This document shows, piece by piece, positions 58,154-64,000 of a stretch of DNA of 64,000 nt. The position numbers and the translations under genes were made by a program. The stretch's first letter is position 1. Every line of letters begins with the position of its first letter. Below the pieces are notes generated by a model. The model did not search any database. It was not told the origin of the DNA and worked only from the letters and a program-made list of their open reading frames with translations. Source of the DNA: an uncultured Alphaproteobacteria bacterium (GTDB lineage Bacteria; Pseudomonadota; Alphaproteobacteria; Methylaequorales; Methylaequoraceae). The stretch spans positions 27,322-91,321 of the forward strand of contig CACBON010000002.1 of NCBI GenBank assembly GCA_902540805.1. The letters run 5' to 3'.

Positions 58154-60149
58154 ATGTTGAGGATGTAGTAAAGCTCCAGTATTCTGAAAATTTTTGCTCT
58201 ATTGAGAGATTAAACTGATTTTTTGCTTCAATAAGATTTTTTCCGTCATTATCTAATACTGCTGGAGCATTAATATTTCTGATATTTAGGAATGTTTTTT
58301 CTATATTCAACATAAGAGTGGAGTAAGCGCTTTTGATTGAAAAATCATTTTTATCTAAAGATAAATAAAAACTAAGATTTAAAGAATCAACCGGTGATAT
58401 TTCAACATTTGCAAGAAAATCTGAAAATTTATCATTAATACCTGAGTTTGTTGGTAAAAACTTATGATTATCAAAGTGATAACTTTGGGCTAATCCAATT
58501 CTACTAAACTTTTTTGTAGAATTGGTTTGTTTTAAAAATGATAATCCATAATCAAATCTATCTAAACTATCAGCTCTATAGAATCCTGATAATCTATTTC
58601 TATTAAATAAATCAAAATAATCTAAGTAAAAGTTATTAATATTACTTTCGTCTGGAATTTCCCTATTGAATGCTTTTGGAGAAGTTTTAAGATACATAAA
58701 CTTCGGTTTTATTATTGTTTTATATTTTTCTGTGTATTTTACGTATGGTTTTGTTAATTCAACAGAAATTTGAGGATAAAAGTTTGATTTAAATTCACTA
58801 TGTTTAAATTTTCCAGTTTTCGGGTTATGGTATTTTTTTATATGGAACATCCCTGCATTTAAATGTGCTCCAAAATTAATCATAGTGCCATCACTAAATA
58901 TTGTTGGGAAAAAAATATTTTGATTTACAAAAAACTTTTTTGTTTCATTACCTTGATTTCTTTTTAAATTGATTATTTCAAGATTGGTCTCAAAATTTAA
59001 AAGGTTCAATTTTTTTTCTGAATTTAAATTTAAGCGAAGTCTTGGAAAAATTTTTGGTATTATTCTTCGATTTACGTCCTGCCTAAGATCCTGAAATAAG
59101 TAAGATTCTAAACTGTAGAAATTTGAATGTCTATGGGAATTCAATTTTAAAAAGGATGTAAGTGTGTCTTGATATCCATATTTATAAGTATTTAAGTAGT
59201 GTCGATCAGCCGTTCGATGTACCTGAAAGTCAACATACGAATTTTTATTCAAATCAAAACTACCTGTTGATTTGAAATGACCTCTTTTTTTGTCCTCCTT
59301 TATACCATTTTCCTTTTTGTTATTTTCAATTGTTCCGCTAAATTCTGAAAAAATTTCACCGTTGAGGAAATTTTTCCTATGCTCAATAAATAAAACTGGA
59401 TTTTTTTTTTGTGAAAATTTTGGTTTTACAGTTATGTCCTGATAGTCATCAATTGGAATATAATACGGAAGATCCGTTGCGAATCCAAAATAATGATTTT
59501 GGATAAAACTCGGTGAAATAAGTCCTGCTTTTCTCTTTACAAGAGGTGAGGCATGAGAAAAGTAGGGGAGGTAAAACACACTTTTACCTTTAAAATCCAC
59601 AAATGTGTCATAATATTTTACGTTTAGAGATTTTTTGTCGTGTATGATTTTTTTTGCTCGTAATTGCACTAAAGGTTCGTCATAACGTCCAGTTTTTTCG
59701 TTAAAACATATTTCGCATGCAGTAAATACTCCATTTTGAAGCTTTTCCCAGTTTTCTCCTCTTCTTTCAACCCTTTCAGCAGCAAACCTCAAATAATTTT
59801 TTTTTTCTTTAAAAGGGTTTGATGGCAAATACAAAAAATTTTTTTCAATTATCGCATTTCTTAGTTCCTGATCAGCCACAATTTTCTCAGCTTTGAGTAT
59901 TGAACCGTCTGAATTAAAAATTGTTACGTTATCTCTAGCTGATAAAACATTTGATGTATTATTTAAAAAAACTTTATCTGCACTTAATTTAAATTTTTCA
60001 TCCACGATTTTTACACCACCTGTTGCATAAATTCTCGTGTTATCTTTGTCATAGGTAAATTGTTCTGCCGTTATTTCGAGTTCTTCATCTGAATATGAGT
60101 GGTTATTAATAAATAACAAAATTAAAATCAAGTATCTAACCATCTTCAA
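57975..60149 (-). CDS. lptD: LPS assembly outer-membrane protein LptD
   Basis: 724 aa with signal peptide. OstA N-terminal and beta-barrel-rich C-terminal. lptD-surA-pdxA-rsmA synteny. Confidence 0.7.
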   Translation of the reverse strand: MKMVRYLILILLFINNHSYSDEELEITAEQFTYDKDNTRIYATGGVKIVDEKFKLSADKVFLNNTSNVLSARDNVTIFNSDGSILKAEKIVADQELRNAIIEKNFLYLPSNPFKEKKNYLRFAAERVERRGENWEKLQNGVFTACEICFNEKTGRYDEPLVQLRAKKIIHDKKSLNVKYYDTFVDFKGKSVFYLPYFSHASPLVKRKAGLISPSFIQNHYFGFATDLPYYIPIDDYQDITVKPKFSQKKNPVLFIEHRKNFLNGEIFSEFSGTIENNKKENGIKEDKKRGHFKSTGSFDLNKNSYVDFQVHRTADRHYLNTYKYGYQDTLTSFLKLNSHRHSNFYSLESYLFQDLRQDVNRRIIPKIFPRLRLNLNSEKKLNLLNFETNLEIINLKRNQGNETKKFFVNQNIFFPTIFSDGTMINFGAHLNAGMFHIKKYHNPKTGKFKHSEFKSNFYPQISVELTKPYVKYTEKYKTIIKPKFMYLKTSPKAFNREIPDESNINNFYLDYFDLFNRNRLSGFYRADSLDRFDYGLSFLKQTNSTKKFSRIGLAQSYHFDNHKFLPTNSGINDKFSDFLANVEISPVDSLNLSFYLSLDKNDFSIKSAYSTLMLNIEKTFLNIRNINAPAVLDNDGKNLIEAKNQFNLSIEQKFSEYWSFTTSSTFDKKNKIKFHGINAKIKYEDECLGFSFNWSRQYTHMPENPTSNSFQFLFSLKEIMENDI

Positions 60150-61230
60150 TATGTATGAGAGTGCTTAGTAAAAATAAATTTAAAATTATAGGTGGTGACC
60201 ACACTGCAAAGAACACATTAATATTTCCTGTATGACCAAGAGTTTTAACAAGATCAGAAAAAAAATGAAACAAAACTCCAATAATTATTCCTAGTATTAT
60301 TTTAGCGATATTTTTTTTTATTCTTTCTTTTTTGATCGATAAGACACAACCTAAAAGAACCATCGCCATTAATACTAAGGGAAACGAAAAAAGGTAATTT
60401 TTATAAATTACGTGCTTTCTTACTGAAAATCCAGAATTCTCCAAATTCTTAATATATTTTTTTAATTCCCAAAAACTAATTGTTTCTGGAGGTCTAAAGT
60501 TTTTTTCAATTTTTTTTGCATCTAAATTTATTTCAATATCCATTTCATCGAATTTCTGGGGTGGTTTGTTTAATTCGAGCCTATATCCATCGATCAGTAA
60601 CCACAACCTATCATTAATCATTTTCACATTTTCAGTATCAATTCTCTCAAGAAATTTATCATTAAGATCAAACTTAAATATTTTTACTTCTTTTAGAAAT
60701 CTCTCCTGAGAGGAATAATGTTTTGCATTAATTACGTATTCAAAAGTCTCATTTCTTTCTCTTAACCATAATCCTGTTTGTGAAATAGAATATAAACCTG
60801 AACTTCCTTTAAAATAAATGCTTTCGTAATTTTTAAATTTTATGTTCATAAGTGCAAAAATTGGATTGAATAATAAAATGAAGATTGCACTTATTAAAAT
60901 TACGTTGATTAATGCTGGAAATATTAGCGACCAAATAGAAAAACCTGAAGCTCTTAGGACGCTTAATTCGTTATTTCTATTAAGTTTCATGTATGTGTTC
61001 ATTGATGATAACAAGAATACAGTAGGCAATATTATAGGAAAAAGTGATGGAATGTGAAGGATGGACATTTTCAATAGAATTCCAAATTCAATATTTTTAC
61101 TAGAGCCCCTTCTTATGAGTTCAATTAAATCAATTGAAATAAAAAGAAGGCATGAAAATATAAAAATTATTAAAAATGATATAAAATTTTCTTTAATGAG
61201 ATACTGCAAGATTATTTTATTTTTTAACAT
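60136..61230 (-). CDS. lptG: LPS export permease LptG
   Basis: YjgP/YjgQ family with six TM helices and a periplasmic insert. Paired with the upstream paralog. Confidence 0.6.
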   Translation of the reverse strand: MLKNKIILQYLIKENFISFLIIFIFSCLLFISIDLIELIRRGSSKNIEFGILLKMSILHIPSLFPIILPTVFLLSSMNTYMKLNRNNELSVLRASGFSIWSLIFPALINVILISAIFILLFNPIFALMNIKFKNYESIYFKGSSGLYSISQTGLWLRERNETFEYVINAKHYSSQERFLKEVKIFKFDLNDKFLERIDTENVKMINDRLWLLIDGYRLELNKPPQKFDEMDIEINLDAKKIEKNFRPPETISFWELKKYIKNLENSGFSVRKHVIYKNYLFSFPLVLMAMVLLGCVLSIKKERIKKNIAKIILGIIIGVLFHFFSDLVKTLGHTGNINVFFAVWSPPIILNLFLLSTLIHIEDG

Positions 61231-62369
61231 TATACTTTTTGTGACCTGTTGCTAAAAAAAAATACTGAAAATAAACAAAATATTGCCGGAAAAAAGTTTA
61301 AAATTTGAAAATCTTGGTATTTAATTGAAATATTAGAAGAAACTATAGAAATAATTTGAAGCAAAATAATTGTTCCAAAAACAATAATTGGTTTCAAAAC
61401 GCTTTCTTTTCTTTGATAACTAAAAGACATAATCACAAATGAAACTACTACCCCAAATCCAATTATGTTTAGTGGCATTGAATACCTCAGAGTAAGCTCT
61501 GCTTTAAATGCTTGAATGTTTTTTAAATCATCTTGAGACTCTAAGTCAGGGTTTTTCAATTCATACAATGATCTTTCTGAGGGAGATTTCCATCTATTTA
61601 GAAGGTTTGTTTGATCATTTTGATTCACATCTAAAAGATACTCGTCAAAGTACAAAACTGAAAGTTTTTTATCTTTGCCTTGAAAATGTTGAGACCCATT
61701 TTGTAGAAGAATTTTTGTAGAATCTGGATGTGTTATTAATCTTCCTTTTTTTGCTATTAAGGTTGATGTTCTTTTCTCATCCCTTGTATCGTGAATAAAG
61801 ACATTATGAAGACCATCTTTTTTTCTTTCTTTAACAAATATAGTAAAGTCTTTGCCAAAGTTATTAAATGTTCCTTCTTGAAGAAGAGATGAAGAGTAAT
61901 CATTTTTTAATGTATACAAAAGAATTTTAAAATTTTCATTTGATTTAGGTGATTGATAAAGAGTAAAGAAAAAGCTAATACAACTCATCAGAATTGAAAA
62001 AACCAAAGTAGGTTTAATAATATTATAGATTGAGAAGCTAGATGATAGCAGAATCACCAATTCCTTATCAGACTGCATTCTTGAAAGAACAAAAAAAATT
62101 GAAAGACTGACTATGATTGGGAGAAGTATTGGTATTATTTGAGGTAATGATAAAAAAATAAGTTTAGAGAAAATAAAAAACGGAAGTCCCCTTCCAACCA
62201 TTAATTCTATCAACTGAACACTTTTAGATAGGCAAAAAAGAGAAATTATTAGTATCAATATTAGAATAGAATTATTAAATAGTTGCCGTAGAATATATTT
62301 ATCAACTAAATTCATTGAATAATGGAAAAAAAAACAATATACATTATTTATTACAAATTTTATCAACAA
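61230..62369 (-). CDS. lptF: LPS export permease LptF
   Basis: YjgP/YjgQ family. Divergent from pepA as in many proteobacteria. Confidence 0.6.
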   Translation of the reverse strand: MLIKFVINNVYCFFFHYSMNLVDKYILRQLFNNSILILILIISLFCLSKSVQLIELMVGRGLPFFIFSKLIFLSLPQIIPILLPIIVSLSIFFVLSRMQSDKELVILLSSSFSIYNIIKPTLVFSILMSCISFFFTLYQSPKSNENFKILLYTLKNDYSSSLLQEGTFNNFGKDFTIFVKERKKDGLHNVFIHDTRDEKRTSTLIAKKGRLITHPDSTKILLQNGSQHFQGKDKKLSVLYFDEYLLDVNQNDQTNLLNRWKSPSERSLYELKNPDLESQDDLKNIQAFKAELTLRYSMPLNIIGFGVVVSFVIMSFSYQRKESVLKPIIVFGTIILLQIISIVSSNISIKYQDFQILNFFPAIFCLFSVFFFSNRSQKV

Positions 62370-62381
62370 TTAATACAATAA

Positions 62382-63851
62382 ATGAAAATAACTTTTGAAA
62401 CAAAAAAAACAGAAAAAGATCACTTAGTTTTTATTTACAAAAATAAACTAAGTTTTAGTAATCTAGCCCTTAATAGTGAACAGATAGATCTACTCAAAAA
62501 TTCTAATTTATCTTTTAAAGGAAGAAAAGAATTTACTGAAACCCTACACTATAGTGCAAAAGCAGAAATCCACTCTCTTACAATAGCTAAAATAAATACT
62601 AAATCAGCAGCAGAAGAATGTGTTAGACTCGAAAGTTTTGGTGGAAGTTTATTATCTTATCTGGAAAAAAAAAAGATTCTTAATGCTGCAATAATTTTTG
62701 AAGATAAAGAATTTGATCTATCTGAAAAAAAATTAATTATTAACGGATTGAACCTAAAATCATACAAATTTAATAAATACAAAACTAAAAGTAATGAAAA
62801 GAAATTTTTAGAAACTTTAAAGATCATAGATTATCAGAATAAATTTAATAACAACGACAAAAGGGAAATAACTTCAGGTAAAAGAGTAAAAGGTATTTTC
62901 CTGACAAGAGATTTGGTATCAGAGCCTGCAAATGTTTTGTACCCATCTAAATTTGTGGATATGTGCAAAATTTTAGAAAAAACAGGAGTTAAGATCGAGG
63001 TTTTAGATGAAAAAAAAATGAAATCTCTGGGAATGAATGCACTATTAGGAGTTTCACAAGGGTCAGTTCGACCGGCGAAAACTATGATTATGAAATGGAA
63101 TGGAAATCCAAGCAATAAAAAACAACCAATTGCTTTTATTGGTAAAGGTGTGACTTTTGATACAGGTGGAATTTCAATCAAACCATCAGGTGGTATGGAA
63201 GACATGAAATGGGATATGGGAGGAGCTGGTGTTGTTGCAGGCTTGATGTATACGCTAGCTTTGAGAAAAGCAAAAACAAACGTCATAGGTGCCGTAGGTC
63301 TCGTTGAAAATATGCCTGACGGAAATGCTCAAAGACCAGGTGATATTGTTAAATCAATGTCAGGACAAACTATAGAAGTTTTAAATACTGACGCTGAAGG
63401 TAGGTTAGTTCTTGCGGATGTTTTATGGTATGTGAAAGAAAAGTTTAAACCAAAACTGATGGTTGACTTAGCCACATTGACTGGAGCAATAATTGTTGCA
63501 CTTGGTGACAGATACGCAGGAATGTTTTCAAATAGTAACGACCTAGCCGATAAGCTTTATAATTCATCAAAAGAAACGCAAGAACTTATTTGGAGACTTC
63601 CACTCGATAGCGACTTTGATAAACTTCTTAATTGCCAGGTTGCTGATATGAAAAATATAACAGGAGCCCGTGGAGCAGGAAGTATAACTGCAGCTCAATT
63701 TCTCAAGAGATTTGTGGGCGAAATTGAATGGGCACATCTCGATATAGCTGGAGTTACTTGGTCGAAAAAAGGTACAAGCCTCTCCAGACCTGGTGGCACA
63801 GGATTTGGTGTGAGGCTATTAGACAACTTTGTAAAGAAAAATTATGGTTAG
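62382..63851 (+). CDS. pepA: leucyl aminopeptidase
   Basis: M17 peptidase with NTDAEGRL motif and the [10 protein letters not shown] region. Confidence 0.85.
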   Translation: MKITFETKKTEKDHLVFIYKNKLSFSNLALNSEQIDLLKNSNLSFKGRKEFTETLHYSAKAEIHSLTIAKINTKSAAEECVRLESFGGSLLSYLEKKKILNAAIIFEDKEFDLSEKKLIINGLNLKSYKFNKYKTKSNEKKFLETLKIIDYQNKFNNNDKREITSGKRVKGIFLTRDLVSEPANVLYPSKFVDMCKILEKTGVKIEVLDEKKMKSLGMNALLGVSQGSVRPAKTMIMKWNGNPSNKKQPIAFIGKGVTFDTGGISIKPSGGMEDMKWDMGGAGVVAGLMYTLALRKAKTNVIGAVGLVENMPDGNAQRPGDIVKSMSGQTIEVLNTDAEGRLVLADVLWYVKEKFKPKLMVDLATLTGAIIVALGDRYAGMFSNSNDLADKLYNSSKETQELIWRLPLDSDFDKLLNCQVADMKNITGARGAGSITAAQFLKRFVGEIEWAHLDIAGVTWSKKGTSLSRPGGTGFGVRLLDNFVKKNYG

Positions 63852-64000
63852 CGACAATAAAACTACTTTGAACTTTTATTCAATTTCTTCGAATTTTAAT
63901 GACATTTTATTGAAGCTTTGTAATAAAATTGTAAACTCTGAAGAAAATTTATACGTGAACTTTGATAAATCAGATACAAAGAAAGAAGTTGATAAGTTTT

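Noticed and set aside
1-64000. Search for tRNA, rRNA, tmRNA, RNase P RNA, CRISPR repeats and transposase or integrase genes
   Set aside because: No intergenic gap is long or GC-rich enough for the structured RNAs (the largest gaps are about 100-380 nt of AT-rich sequence). I found no regularly spaced direct repeats and no recombinase-like ORFs.

Overview
The window is very AT-rich (roughly 28-30% GC, not computed) and reads like a streamlined alphaproteobacterium. Housekeeping synteny supports this: rpsF-rpsR-(membrane protein)-rplI-dnaB with no priB; fabD-fabG-acpP-fabF-mltG-gmk; rsmA-pdxA-surA-lptD-lptG-lptF divergent from pepA; cvpA-purF; yfgM-bamB-der. Its main feature is a large motility island.

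Motility island (about 6-33.7 kb):
- A contiguous minus-strand core flagellar cluster runs flrA-like EBP, fliE-F-G-H-I-J-K-L-M-N-O-P-Q-R, flhB.
- motA-motB, rpoN and a second sigma-54 activator lie alongside it.
- There is a cell-envelope module of three tandem bactofilins, an M23 (LytM) peptidase and an SLT lytic transglycosylase.

Sigma-54 promoters:
- I read eight close matches to the sigma-54 -24/-12 consensus (TGGCAC-N5-TTGCA), each at an operon 5' end.
- Together with rpoN and two complementary truncated EBPs, these suggest that one sigma-54 regulon links flagellar assembly, stator genes, bactofilin/peptidoglycan-remodelling genes and several unknown small genes.
- Five unannotated genes are co-operonic downstream of flhB. 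One of them is a divergent ribosome-recycling-factor-like paralog.

Other content:
- PEP carboxylase, a Kv-type K+ channel, an NHLP-domain/Sel1/secreted-small-protein operon, a TAT-exported flavocytochrome-c sulfide dehydrogenase pair, purF, dnaB, fab genes and lpt genes.
- I found no rRNA, tRNA, CRISPR array, transposase or integrase.
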